A DNA stretch of 64,000 nucleotides from Nemertoderma westbladi (Eukaryota > Animalia > Xenacoelomorpha): NCBI GenBank assembly GCA_032718475.1, contig JAUCBJ010001166.1, positions 86,254 through 150,253 of the forward strand, written 5' to 3'. Under the pieces are notes generated by a model. The model saw only the letters and a list, made by a program, of their open reading frames with translations. It ran no database searches and was not told the DNA's origin. Each line of letters starts with the position of its first letter. Position 1 is the stretch's first letter. Below, piece by piece: positions 22,421 to 35,669 of this stretch. The translations under genes and the position numbers were made by a program.

Positions 22421-24279
22421 CAATAACTCTTGAATTGCATTCCAAATTTGCTTATTGCGCAATAGCCACATTGCGCAATTTCAGATCGCAATAGCCACCC
22501 ACCTGGGGTACAAGTTCGAGGAATCCAGACACCTGCAACAGACCTCATCACCAGTAGTGGCCACATTGTGGGAGGAAAGAACGCAAACTATCTTGGCGGA
22601 GCCACTGATTAGAAGACAGTCGGAGTTTCTGTATTTAAAACTCTTCATAGTTAAGGGATGCCTATACTGGGTAATTTAATTATATTAATTAGATAATAGG
22701 TAATCACTTTAGTATATTGGAAAACTACTACTTAAATTTCATTATTATATTATTTATTATTGGTAGAAGAAATTCAGATAAATATAGTATATTAATAGGA
22801 TATGAATAATTGATTAAATTCATAATCAGTTTGCATGTAAAGCAATAACACCAATTAATATATTTTATCACAAGGTTTACTATATATAATTGTTCCCGAA
22901 TTGGACGCGCTCCATTTCTCTCATACTCCATGTTCAATGCATGTGTTTCTTCATGTGCGGTGAGCCTTTTACCTCGTCATGGTTTTCGTAGATTTATGTT
23001 CATACTGCACGGCATCTCGTCCACGGCAAAAGATATTTGAGCAAGTCCAGTTGCTTCACATACTATTCAGTACATACAATATACATACCCCATCCGACAT
23101 AATCTAAATATAAGACATAACATAACCCTTCCGATAAATTGTATGACACTAAAAATTCACCCACGCTGCTTGTTTAGAAAAGTTTAAAAATATATTATGC
23201 CGGTATTCAAGTTTATAATTATTTTATAATAATATTTCTAATACAAATTTAATCTTCTCTAATTTTATCTAATTTCTTCTAATCTAATCGAATCTAATAT
23301 TAATTTGTACAATAAAATTTAATGTATTTTGCTAAAATGTTTTAGGCAGAGGTAAACTTCAGGTAAAGTAAGACTTTAGGTAAAGTTATTTTTTAATTGC
23401 TGCATTTAGAGATTCGTTGTCCTGTTTCCTCTGGTTCATTGATGGCCAAACCCTTCGGTGATCTTATTCTTCTCTCCATTATCTTTTCACCGGCAACGCT
23501 AAGGCATCGATTTATGATGATCTCCTTCACACCATGGGCCGGTTTTGCGATGGCTGATCTGGAGAACATTAGGGCTACCCTTCTGGAGTTTATTTTAGAT
23601 AGATATAATTCATTCATTCTCTACTAAATATTCTGGCGTTAATAAATCCCATACGTTTAAAGTTTTTTGAACATAATTCGACTCCCTCAGCTGCATTTAA
23701 AAACATCTCCCTAGTTTTTGGTTCAGTACTTTGCTTCCCTTCCGAATATACTTCCCCTGTCTTCTGTTAGCTCATCCCTGGTGCAGGATTAGGGTAAAAT
23801 TGTGTAAAATTGGGTTTCCTTGTCCCGTATTCAGCCATTCCCCTGCCAACGTCCATGCTATTCCTCGCGATTTGCCTTCAATATCTTTTGCTACTGCTAC
23901 TTACTGCTGTCGGTTCCAAATCCAAAGGTGACCACCACCTGTAGGCTCCGACAGTATAGCTGCTTACTTACTCCCTAGCCGTGCTCCATATCATATGTAG
24001 TGCAAGTGAGTTCCGCACAGTCACCATCAAATTATCACCACTGCATCAACCAAAGATAATAATGTTATTGGAATTTTGGCCGAATATATTATACTAGCTG
24101 GCAATACCCGAGGCGGCTTAACCGGTATTTCCCGACAATTGTATTGCTAGGCCTATCTAATGCAGAATGCAGTGTATGGTAATTCAAAAAAACCGGGCTG
24201 TTACCGGTTCCGCCAAAATCTGTATTAACTGGTACCGTGAATTAAACTTTTAGAAAAGAGGCCTATAATGAGCACTCGT

Positions 24280-24520
24280 TAAATTTATACCACATGCCAA
24301 GTCCCAGCGCAATCCCTCCACCCGTTTTGGAGGAGTTCACGCACAACAGAGAAAGAGAGAGATAATTTGACTTTTATAGGTATAGATATACTGTTGGTAG
24401 CCACTTTACAGGCCACCCGGTTATTAAAGCTGGGATCCATCATAACATCCACAGATCTGGAAACCCACAGGAACTTTCCATTCTCTGAAAAGCATTCCAC
24501 CAAAGTTTCAAATTATGTTA
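24280..24520 (-). pseudogene. Possible decayed hAT transposase fragment
   Basis: Frameshift-joined ETLVECF-REWKVP...DVMMDPSFNNRVACK weakly resembles the hAT (EW.I...TDNA.N...A) region. Confidence 0.25.
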
Positions 24521-26437
24521 CTCATCACTCCTGGAACCTCAGTTGTTGATCTCGTTTCTCATATCAAGCTGAGTTTTTGAATCGATGTAGCTGGAATAAA
24601 TTGATTCTGACTTATTCTGGTTCATTCTGCTTTCTCTAACATTATATACCACAGGGATACGAGGTTCTCTATCTCCATGACAATGGATGGCTTAACGCCT
24701 GAACATATTTTATTTTCTTCTGACAGAATTGTAGTGCATCTGATAATCTCTGTCTCAATTGTCTAGAAGTTGTAATGTTCATGGCATATTCATATTGCTT
24801 TTCTTTCATCCAAAACAATATGAATATTAATACTAAGAAGTTAAAGTGTGTCTTTTTATTTATAGAAAGTTGAGGCCGTTTTTTACTCCTATTTATACTC
24901 TTACTCTTGTATATTTTAATTGATAAACACGCTAATAAGGTTCTATTTTTAATTACCATTAATACTTAGACAATCGAAGTATAGTTAGTTATTAAGTCGT
25001 TCGCACGAGTTACTAAGTTGTTCTCACGAGTTTGTAAGTCATTCAAGGTCACCGAGTTAGTTATTCACAGGACTTATTATGCGATTGGAAAATACTAAAG
25101 TCTTAAGAAATTCAAATTCATATTTGAACCATAGTTAAACTCAGTATTCTAGAGCGAAGGTAAATCATGTGTTCTTGGGGAGTAGTGCTGGGGACTAGTA
25201 ACTAGATAGATACTTATACTGTTAGTAGTAAACACACGGTATACGGTAGTTCGTTCATTGCCAATTTTTGGAGCTAACCTCACATTTATTGGTCTTCATC
25301 TTAAAAATCCTCTCTCTAGTAATTTATTTTAGTGGTCTATTGGTCTACTGCAAACAAATTTTCAAATATTTCAATTATATAAAATTATTTTATATGTGAC
25401 ATCCATCACATCGCTGTTTTCTGGTACCCCAAAGTTTCAAAATTTGAAAATGAAGAGATGCTATTTTTGGATCATAAAAATTGGGCGTACTAAAAAAAGT
25501 TACCATATTTATATTTTACAAATGTGCCAAATATTGATTTACCTTCCACTTCGGGCAGAGGGCTTTTCCATTTTACCTTAGTAGGACTGAAACAGCTGCA
25601 GTAGTAAATTAGTCCGGTTTTCAGGACGTAACCAGTTTAATCCTTTTAGATGACGTATAAATTCACCCCAACGCCATATCGCCTATATAACAAGCTGTGG
25701 TTGCACCCACGTATTATGTGCTAATAACTATAAGTTCCAGAAGAGTTATTGTATGTTATTATATTGTATTTTTGCGTATTTTTGATACTATATGGTCGTG
25801 GTTATTGGATTGAACAAGTTGACGTCAACAGGTGATCCAATAAGCTCACTAAGTTTAGTTGTCCTGATTTTGAGAGCGCTTGTTCTGTAGTTTTTGTGGA
25901 AGGCTGTGCTGGGAGCATGCATTCGCCTAGACGACTGTATAAAAAATAAAAGAATACTGTAATAAGCATGGATTTTTTTTACTTACATAGTTAAAAAACT
26001 GTTTAAAATCATATTACAATAATACTTTAAATTATAAACAAACAAACAATTTATCAAAAAGTATAATGAGAGTTATAAACCGCATTAAAAAATTATTTCA
26101 CATGAGGGTTGATATGTATTTCGTAACGGAGTATCATAAGAGCAGCTGTTTTTTCATACCAATCCCGTATAATATTAGAATGCAATTTCTTTTTATTGCC
26201 AGCAGATGGTCATTTCTTCCAAATCAACATTTCGGCGCAATTCATTCTTCTAAAGTTTATAACACGATTGTTAATTGCCTTCATGAATTACCAATGCAAA
26301 ATACCTACAAGAAGCTGTAATAATAATAACTGTTGCCGTTGAGTGATAGTTTTATAATTGCAATAATCGATTCTTAAAAATAATTTTTTCCTTATTTAGT
26401 CAACACGATGCAAACTATTGGCGGTGATTGTTGGTCA

Positions 26438-26581
26438 TATGTATGTATGTATGTGTGTATGTATGTATGTATGTATGTATGTATGTATGTATGTATGTAT
26501 GTATGTATGTATGTATGTATGTATGTATGTATGTATGTATGTATGTATGTATGTATGTATGTATGTATGTATGTATGTATG
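26438..26581 (+). repeat. (TATG)n microsatellite, ~36 units
   Basis: Direct reading. Confidence 0.99.
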
Positions 26582-28249
26582 TGTGTAAATATGATATTTA
26601 TTGACAGCTGTTTAGTCAATGTAGTATGAAGATCTAGGTAAAATGGAATGTATCCAAATTGCACAAAAAAGTAAGCGTGATCACGTATCGGTCCTGGAAA
26701 ATAACATAGAAAAAAAAGTCTAAAGTGTAGAAGAAAGAGAAATGAGAGAAAAAAAGAAGAAGAAAAAAATGTAATCGTAGGATACGAACACAAATTACTA
26801 TATTAATAATAACTAATCTAATAGCAAGCGGGTAAGAGTTACTGGGAAGTTGTTCGAATATACACACAAATACATATATTTACAAGTAGTCTAATATAAA
26901 CCTGATAATTGCGAATTTAAACTTTATGGCGACTTTCCACGTGACACAGGCCTGTCTGCACAGCATCAGCCAGCAGTAATGGCAGACAGCTGCAGCTGTA
27001 CCGCTATACAGTGGTATTAGATGCTGGAACAATCTAGGGATAGGAGGTATGAGGCACTTTTCTGGTTTAAAGGTAAACACAAGAGTCTTAATGTCCTGAT
27101 TCACACCCCCTAAACTACAAAAAAATATAGAATCAGGACATTAAGCCCAAAATACTTCACAGCCCCTAGGGCCATCAAAGGTCTTATATTATTTATATTG
27201 GTAAATATTATATTCTAGTGAATCAATCAGAGTACTTATTGAGACATACAGTAGTTCTTGAATTTGAATGCCATTTATCTGATGTTGTTTGATATATCCC
27301 AATATATCCCAATTGGGCAAGAAAATACTTGCTCTGAAAATACTATATCCTGAAGTGAAAGATATTACCACAATTAAGTTGAGTAAACCTACTGCTGTGC
27401 AGTGCACAGAGTGGTGCACAGTGTGCACCACTCTTACACTACCGGTGACCGGTACACATTTCAACTTAATGAACTTATAGCTGAATTACAACATTACTTC
27501 GATACTACAATACTACAATACTCCGATACTACAATTTATTCATTTTGGACGGATCCATCATGGATGTCCTTATTTCTCACGCGTGTTTGTTTGCACACAC
27601 GTCTTCTTGCACTTATGTTGATGGATCTTTGGATGAAACTTTGATGATAGGTTCATTATCGGACCTACTTGTGTATGGGCCCATGTGAAGAATACCAGAC
27701 TTTCTGCCGTTATATTTCACTTTGCAGTTACCCCCATGTGAAGAATACCATGTTTTCACCAAAAACACAGGTTACAGAAGGGCTGAATCAAACCTAAACA
27801 ATAAACGAATTAGTATATGTACGTACAGGTTATAAGACAGAATAAGCGCTATAAAACACTTAAAAAAAGATAAATTGGTCTTCATATATCAATCTTCATA
27901 TCTAAAATTCCAATAAAATGTCGACCGAAAAGTAAATTCCTACTGGAGCTTCAGTGTGGAGGTAAGTAATTAGCAGTGTAATTGAGAGAGCTGTCGAGCT
28001 GTCTGTTCCGCAATGACAACTATTGGGTTCTCCTCATTCGTTATTATTTTATTTCTTATTAGGCTACCCTGCTTATGCTTAGGCATGTAATTTATTACAA
28101 CAACATTGATAGAAATGGATCCGTCCATATTGCCAGCTCTCCCTGGCAATCTTGTTCTCTTATCCATTGGTCATGGATGCACATTGACTAGCGTATAAGT
28201 GTATAAGTGAGTAGCGTTACATTGTTATGCAACATTGATGAACGGATTG

Positions 28250-28620
28250 TATCTGTGGCTGTTCTTAATTTACTTTTAGTGTGATGAATTTTTCTAAGCA
28301 ATTACTTTATCATATGATACTCTTTGTCCTTGGTCGGGCAATATATAGCAACACATCTTCTATGATGGAATTCAGGATTTACTGTCATGATTTGAGATTG
28401 TCCTGAGGGCGCTGATTACAGTTTATTATTTCAGCCCAATCAATATTGGATGCAATCCTACAAATTTCGTTCCAATTTGCTTTAGACCAGTCTCTGTTCT
28501 GAGTGGTAGAGAATATAGGTTCAAATGGGGGAAGACAACCCCCATTAACTACGAAATTATCACTGTGGGTGTCTACAAGACCAAATCAATCACCAACAGA
28601 GAAATTATCAGTTAAATAAG
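28250..28620 (-). pseudogene. Decayed LINE endonuclease/linker remnant
   Basis: Minus strand IDLVL and NWSKANWNE motifs typical of the I/Nimb-type ORF2 region after the endonuclease. Confidence 0.35.
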
Positions 28621-29007
28621 ACCCATTCGTAAGCAACAAATCCAGAATACCGGCAAGAATAATAGATCCCAATCAGATAATGCATCCAGGTGGAGAGCGC
28701 AAATGAAGCTTTTGCGCTGTGCGAGTGCATGGCCGACTGGCCATGTCCATGTGGTAGTGTTCTAGAATATTAGGGTATTACTAGAGTCATTATTAGCAAA
28801 AATATATATAATAATAATGTCATAAAATGTATAGATAATTACAACGGAGCTGGTGTTACTACAAAAAATATAAACTGACTATCAGTCATCAACTAACCTC
28901 ATCCAATACTAGAATGACCACCTCCATGAACCCAGCCATGGCGTCTATGTAGGCGCTGAGATCATGGAACTCCCGCTGGATGGTGTCAATACGTTGCCAA
29001 CACGATG

Positions 29008-29780
29008 CGGTTCCAAAAGAAAGTTAAAGAAGGTAACTAAGTTTGAAGTCACTAGTAATGGACATAAGATTGAAAATAAAAAGGAAGTTAAATATTTAGG
29101 CGCCACATTGGATAACTGCATATCAGGAGAAAGTACAGTGAAAAATATTTTCTCGAAAGTTAACAGTAGGCTTAGGTTTCTATACAGAAATAAAAATAGT
29201 TTAAACACCGACTCCCGCAAGTTACTTTGCCTTCTTTAATACAGTGTCACATGGACTATGTATGCTCTTCTTGGTATGAAGGCTTAACCAAACAGCTTAA
29301 ATCTAAATTACAAGTAGCTCAGAATAAAGTAGTACGATTTATTCAAGACTACAAACCTAGGCACCACCTAACTCCAGATGACTTTTCTGAATCTGGACTA
29401 CTTAACTTAGATAGTAGAGTTAAGCAGCTACGTCTTAACCATGTGCATAAAGTGTATAATGGTTAATGTCCCAATTACCTAAAACAAAAATTCAACAGAG
29501 TACGCGATACACACTCATACAGTACCAGAGCTAGTGCTTCAAACTTCTACCTCCCGAATTGTAAATCCCTTGAATCTGATACTTTCTTTTTTAACGGCAT
29601 TAAAAATTGGAACGCTCTGCCTAATGAAATTAAAAACCTAAATAATCAACATTCTTTTAAATCTGCAGTTAAATCTCACCTCCGTGTGCAATGTAAAAAT
29701 AGGTAAAATAGTCCTACAGTAAGTTATTAGTTTATTAATTATTTACTATTTATACTGTAATTACGTTTTATAATAAATTG
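29008..29780 (+). mobile_element. CR1/L2-group LINE 3' end (RT C-terminus), degenerate
   Basis: GSKRKL...VKYLGATLD...LIQCHMDYVCSSWY...LQVAQNKVVRFI...WNALPNEIK...FKSAVK. Confidence 0.85.
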
Positions 29781-29840
29781 TTCTGTACATTACATCTTTA
29801 TCGTTGAGTCGGACATTGTCACGCTCTCAGTAAAGTCCAA

Positions 29841-32800
29841 TTAAGTCCAATATATATAAAATAAATAAAAATGGGCTGAGTGTGTCGCCTTGTAGAACCC
29901 CTTGCATCTGGCTAATAATTTTTGATTTTCGAAGGCCATCAAAGTTTTACTCAGAATCGCTTTAATTAATTTCAGTAGGTGCCCATTTACCTTGAATAAA
30001 AATTCTAGTTTGTATAAAAGTCGCGATCTCGGGACCGAGTCGAACGCCTTTCTGAAATCAATGAAGGCAGCGTAAAGAGGCCGCTTAGGTTCCGAAATAT
30101 TAAATTTGATTCTATTTATTAGTTCTTGTAGCGGTTGTTGAGTAGACCATCCGGGTATAAAGCCAAATGGTTCCAGTGGAATTTTCCGGTTCAAAAATTC
30201 GTGCAGTCTTTTCATCACTAATCCTGTTACTATTTTGTAAGGGTTACACAGTAGCGATATACCCCTATAACAATCCATGTCATCCCGAGAACCTTTGCCC
30301 TTGAACGGAACTTTCATAAGGCTATTTTTCCATACAGTTACTAGGCGCCCCGTCGCTAGACAGATATTAAATAAGAGTAGCCAGAGAAGAACAGTTAAGG
30401 AAACTGAAGATTTCAATGTTTCATAAGGTAATCCATCGGAACCTCCCGATTTACCATTGGGTTTACTTAGAAATTCATTCTTTATTTCTTCCTCGGTAAA
30501 ATTCCTGTTACAAGCGTCGTTGACGTCATCTATTCCAAGGTCAAAATCCTCCAGGTCATACAACTCAGGATTTGCACTATTGATTTGTATATGAGGATCT
30601 CTGGGTGGATCCAGTTGCATAGTGCTGGAGCTGTTTAACACCTTTGTTAAATGATTCTCCCAAGTTTTGAGAGGAATTGAACACGGTGGTTGTGAGTTAG
30701 TTAATTTGCACCATTTATAGGGCTGCGATTCGGCTTCAGCAATTAGTTTGTCCTCTATCTTACCAGTATATAATTTTTGTTTCTCTATCAATAATTAATT
30801 GCTTGTACTTTGTCTTTGATTCACATAACAATGGTTTTAGTTCGTCCTTAGAAAGAGATTCGTTAGCTTCATCTATGTTCGACTCTTTCAGATATAAAGT
30901 AGCAAAGTTTAACTTTGGGTTATTTTGTAGCTGGTTTAGATCAATTGTCCGGGTTGGTTTTGTTGCCTCAGTTGATGGAGGTGATTGAACCAGTGTTGAA
31001 TCTACCTCCCTAGACATCCGAACTGGTACGTGTTTGCGAAGACCCGTAGTTACGTGATCTATAGATGTTGCTGTGGTATTTGCAAAATCCAGATCGATTT
31101 GGCTTGAGCCGTTATGGCAATAGTATGTCTTTTCCTTGGAATTGTTTTGGAGTTCTAGTCCATAATCTTCCATAATTGTGTCGATTGCAGCAGCTTTTAG
31201 GTTACCCTCCTGGTCCATACGGGTGTTAAAATCTCCTCCAAATATTATCGAATTTGGTGTCGATAAAGGAATTTCATCAAAAACATTTAATACTTCATCT
31301 ACTAATTCTTCTGGGCCCATGTTGGGGTTGATATAGCAGCAAACCAGAATTGCAATATCGGTCTTCACAATAACAAATGTATCGTCTTTGGCAATGAGTT
31401 TGGGGTTTAAATGGGGTTTAACGGCTATTATAACCTCACCAATCAGGCGGCCTGGTCCCGGTGTTTTAATTGCCAGTGATTCAAAAACATAAAATTTATC
31501 GATATCAATATTACTTGAAGCAAGGGTTTCCGTAACCATTAGAAAGTCACAGTCTGAAAGAAGATCTCATGTAGAAGTGATAAGAATGACCTTAGTCCCT
31601 CTACATTCCATAAGATTGAAGAAACGTTTACCATCGGTTGGTTTGTTTTATTTGGATCACTTTGGAAAACTGACGCGCCAGGGGAGTCCGTAGCGCCGGG
31701 GGAGTCCGTAGCGCCAGGGGAGTCCATAGCGCTGGGGGAGTCCGTAGCGCTGGAGGAGTCCATAGCGCTGGGGGAGTCCGTAATGCCGGGGGAGTCCGTA
31801 GCGCCGGGGGAGTCCATAGCACCAGGGGAGTCCGTAGCGCCGGGGCAGTCCGTAGCGCTGGCGGAGTCCTTAGTGCTGGGGGAGTCCGTAGCGCCGGGGC
31901 AGTCCGTAGTGCCAGGGGAGTCCATAGCACTGGGGCAGTCCGTAGCACTGGGGGAGTCCGTAGCGCCGGGGCAATCCATAGCGCTGGGGCAGTCCGTAGC
32001 GCTGGGGAATCCGTAGCGCCGGGGGAGTCCATCGCGCTGGATGAGCCTCTCGTTCGAAGTCAATCGTCTCCCCCATCTCTGGCCACTGAAGCAGTGCCCG
32101 TTGATTGGGAAGGATGTGAATTTATACCAGCAGATGTTTGGCGTGGGATTCGTGGTCGTAAACCATACTTCTCACGTTCTGCGTTAGACATGTGGTAGTT
32201 CCGTATGGTGATTCCGCTCACCCAAATCTCTGGAGTCAGAAGTGCATCCCGATGTTCCTGGTCAGAGATGATGTGAAACGTTCGGGTCTCCGACCCTGGG
32301 TAATCGGCGAGTTGCCGGATAGAATCGAAGGGAACTTCTTCATTGTGCAAGTATTGTGAAATATCCTCCTCAGTTACCGATTTATCCAGTCGCCCAATGT
32401 GTATGTGCGCCTTCCGGGAGGGTACTGTATAAGTGCGAGACGCCGGATCAGCTCGGAGTGGGCCGTCGACCTTGCTCCCATGAATCATTGACATCCGCCC
32501 GCGCCATTCATTTGTGGGTCGTTGTGTAGCTGTGAGCAGCCTGCCAGTGCCAGGGTTCGTTTCTTGATCAGAGGCGACCAGGTTTCGCAGCATAGCGGAT
32601 TTGGCACTTGATCGTCGGGTTCCTTCATTTACACGATTCGCCTGCGTAGGTCTCCCTCGTCGCTGTCGCCTTCCTCCTACGGTTCCCCATGGGCCGTTCT
32701 TTTCTCGAGGTTCCTCTAGGACTACCAGTACGTCTGTCTCGTCCGGTTTCCGTTGGTTCACCTGTACGGTCGCGATATGATTTTGAGTGGCACTTTTTAA

Positions 32801-33060
32801 ATGAAGCAGCAACTCGTTCTTCGAGTCAATAGATTCTTTGCGCGATTCCGCCAGTTTATCAATTTAAATCGTAAACATTGACACCATATCAAGAAGGTTG
32901 TTGATCGCTTGTTTCTCCTGTTCGATGGTAACGTAGTTCTTTTGTTTGAACGTTCTAATCATGGCTATTATCTCTTGCTGAGTTTTAAATAAGCTTCCGC
33001 CATTTTAAAAAAGTAATATCGTAAATAATTATACGCAGTGCAGTGCAGTAATAATATATT
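29841..33060 (-). mobile_element. Non-LTR retrotransposon (ORF1 + APE + RT), 3'-truncated, degenerate
   Basis: ORF1 about 33003-32060 with RRM-like IHIGRLDKSVTEEDI; APE motifs WNVEGL, VTET, GGDFN, SQID; RT motifs KSGGSDGL, YRGISLL, FIDFRKAFDSV. Lost before the YADD motif. Confidence 0.9.
31676..32036 (-). repeat. 18-bp GC-rich tandem repeat (~20 units) at the start of LINE ORF2
   Basis: GGGGGAGTCCGTAGCGCC units on the + strand, encoding (G/S)A(T/M)D(S/C)P in the endonuclease frame. Confidence 0.95.
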
Positions 33061-33868
33061 TTAATCTTAATAATAATTATTCAACATCAATTATTATTTT
33101 ATATGTCTTGTATAAGATTGAGTGTCATAAATACGAATTTGCGTAAGAGATATATTATATGTATGATAATCATAGCCCACATATTATATAAACAGGAACA
33201 ACTTCCAAAAACACACAAATTAACTTTAATATGAGTTAAAAATATGTAAACATTATATATTAAAAATAACATAATATGTAACATAATTAACAATATCTTG
33301 AAGTTTGTCATAAGAGAACCCTTCGACTGATACATCTGAATGAATAACGTTTTATAGTTCCTTGCAAATATTTATTCGCCACTCAGAATCATTCAGTGCC
33401 TGTGCGTATTTTAAGTTACCTACTAAATTACGTGTTCAATCACATAAATTTAAAACATTACATTCGTTTGCTATCCTACGCAAGTTAAGACCAGTCAGTC
33501 CTACTACGACAATCCGAATGCACCAGTTGAGCCATGAATCTGACAACTAATTTGTTAGAATTCAATATACTATCAACAAAATTTATATTCCGTTTACATA
33601 ACATAGTTTTAGGATGGGGGAAACTTACTATACCTTCAATAATAAATGGATGGGCGTTATAGGGTAATCAAAATACACTTCTTATATTATTATTCCAGGC
33701 TGTAAATATTTTAACACAATTATTTGAATATAAGTCCCAACAAGGACTGCCCTAGAAACTAGTTGCATATAGTTTCTGTATTTGCGCAAGAACATCTGGA
33801 TTCGCAAACCTGAATTCTTGACGCAAATTCGACAGTTTTCTAATAAATGCACCGCGTTTCAACAGTAT

Positions 33869-35300
33869 GGGCCGGTTGTTCAAATGCTCCCTTAAAGATA
33901 AGGGATCCCTTAACTTTAAGGTTTCATCGTTAAATGTCCATTTAACTTTAATTTCGGTTGCTCAAAAGTTAAATGTACATTTAAGTTAAGGGAAAACTTA
34001 AGTAAGCTACACAGGTTACTTAAAAATGGTTTCTAGAAAGAAAATTCATTTTAGCTATAAATTTACAAAGGATAACTTGCTTTTTAATAGTTAATTTTAA
34101 TGGTTATTTATTTGCATTATACTGTCATTATGGCATTCGTTCCTTTCTTACTAATCTCAATACAAGAAAGAAAGTTAGAAAAAATAGAACTAAAATAAAT
34201 CCACTGAATTACTATAATAGCACTGAATTCTTCCAGCGCTACCGTTTTACAAAGCCAACATTTGCCTACATTTGCGACCTCGTCAAACACGATCTAAAAC
34301 GTCAAACTAAGTGCAACAAAGCTTTGAGTGTTGAGTTACAGCTAGCAGTTACTCTGAGGTTTTACGCATCGGGTTCCTTCCAGAATGTGGTTGGTGACAC
34401 ATTTCCAATATCGAAAGTCTTGTGTTAGCAGGATAATTTTTCGAGTAACGAACGTTCTCCTGAAACATTTAAATAAATTCATATGTTTGCCAACCAGCGA
34501 AGCTAATTTGCAGAAACTTAAGGAGGACTTCTTTGCGGTTTCTGGTGTCCCTAGCGTAGTTGGCGCGATCGATTGTTCTCATGTGAAGATAATAGCACCA
34601 CCTGGGGACCAGAGTGTCTACTACGTCAACCGTAAAGGTTACTATAGTGTAAATTTTCAAGCCATCTGCGATGCAAATTGCATATTTCTGAACATTGTTG
34701 CCGATTGGCCTGGCATTGTGCACGACTTGTGCTCGTGTTTTAAAGAATAGTAAAGTTGGAATTGATTTCGCAACCGGCAAACGTAACAGAATTCTGTTGG
34801 GAGACAGCGGGTATCCTTGTCAGCGTTGGCTACTCACCCCACTCCTAGAGCCAGATATAGAACGATAGAAGCGAGGACAAAAAGGCGTTACCCTATAAGA
34901 ACTATACAGCCTAGAAGAAAACCAGGAATGTGCTAGAATGTTTCTTTGGTATCCTTAAACGTCGGTTTCACTGCCTCCATGGTGAGATGAGAATGCGACC
35001 CAAGAGAATATGTTGCATTATTGTAGCATGCGCGATACTACATAACATTGCTATGATGCGGGGAGACCCACTCCCACCAGATACGGAGGACTATGAAAAT
35101 CACCAGGTCAACGAAAACTATGAAGGTGCGCAAGATGGCCAGCTCTTCCATTCTAATTTCATATTGGTGTATTTTACATAACCAAACTATTCTAAATAAT
35201 TATTAACCAGTCGGTACATCATATTCATTAACGTCAATATGGTTAATTTGTAATTTTATAATTGGTCAAATTTATACAAATATTAAATAGTAGGGAGGAC
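33869..35300 (+). mobile_element. PIF/Harbinger transposon (left end + transposase)
   Basis: Left end GGGCCGGTTGTTCAAA with subterminal CTTAA/TTAAG motifs, followed by HARBI1-like coding sequence. Right TIR not seen. Confidence 0.75.
34130..35181 (+). pseudogene. HARBI1-like DDE transposase, frameshifted
   Basis: FFQRYRF, TLRFYASGSFQ, GAIDCSHV, NRKGYYSVNFQAICD, WPG.VHD, LLGDSGY, E.FFGILKRRF, ACAILHNI. Confidence 0.9.
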
Positions 35301-35371
35301 CGTTATAGTTTTTGCTGTAAATAATTAATTATTATCCTTTAACTTGGCTCTGTGAGGTTAATGAACTACAA

Positions 35372-35665
35372 AGTGTGGGGCGAGCGACGAAAGTGAGCGA
35401 GCTTAGCATACAGGTACCACTAACTCAATCGGTGTGTCTGTTGCTCTGTCGATCTGTTGTTCTGTCATTCTGTTGTGTCCAATTTTAAACGTTAATAACT
35501 CTTAATGTTAATGAAATTTAACCAAACTTGGTACACATGTAGTCTGGCCAAAGTTTAGAAATTTTCCAAGTTGAATTTCCGTGTAGCCTTAGAGAAGCTA
35601 AGATAATAGCAATTAATTAGTTAATTAAGTTGATTACGGTAAAAACTGCATTTTCAACCTGCCTG
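35372..35665 (+). mobile_element. Helentron/HINE-like element (interrupted by piggyBac-type insertion)
   Basis: Same head as 22190, GTCT-like microsatellite and ACCAAACTTGGTACACA motif. Probably resumes at 37235. Confidence 0.5.
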
Positions 35666-35669
35666 TTAA

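Noticed and set aside
23390-23930. Decayed LINE ORF1-like sequence on minus strand
   Set aside because: Only a vague resemblance and no diagnostic motif, so not listed as a feature.
26392-26793. ORFs with YIHT/YVCM repeats
   Set aside because: Translation of the (TATG)n microsatellite.
27970-28167. Candidate RPL8 exon 3 or other host exon
   Set aside because: No similarity to RPL8 residues 94 onward and no recognisable domain.
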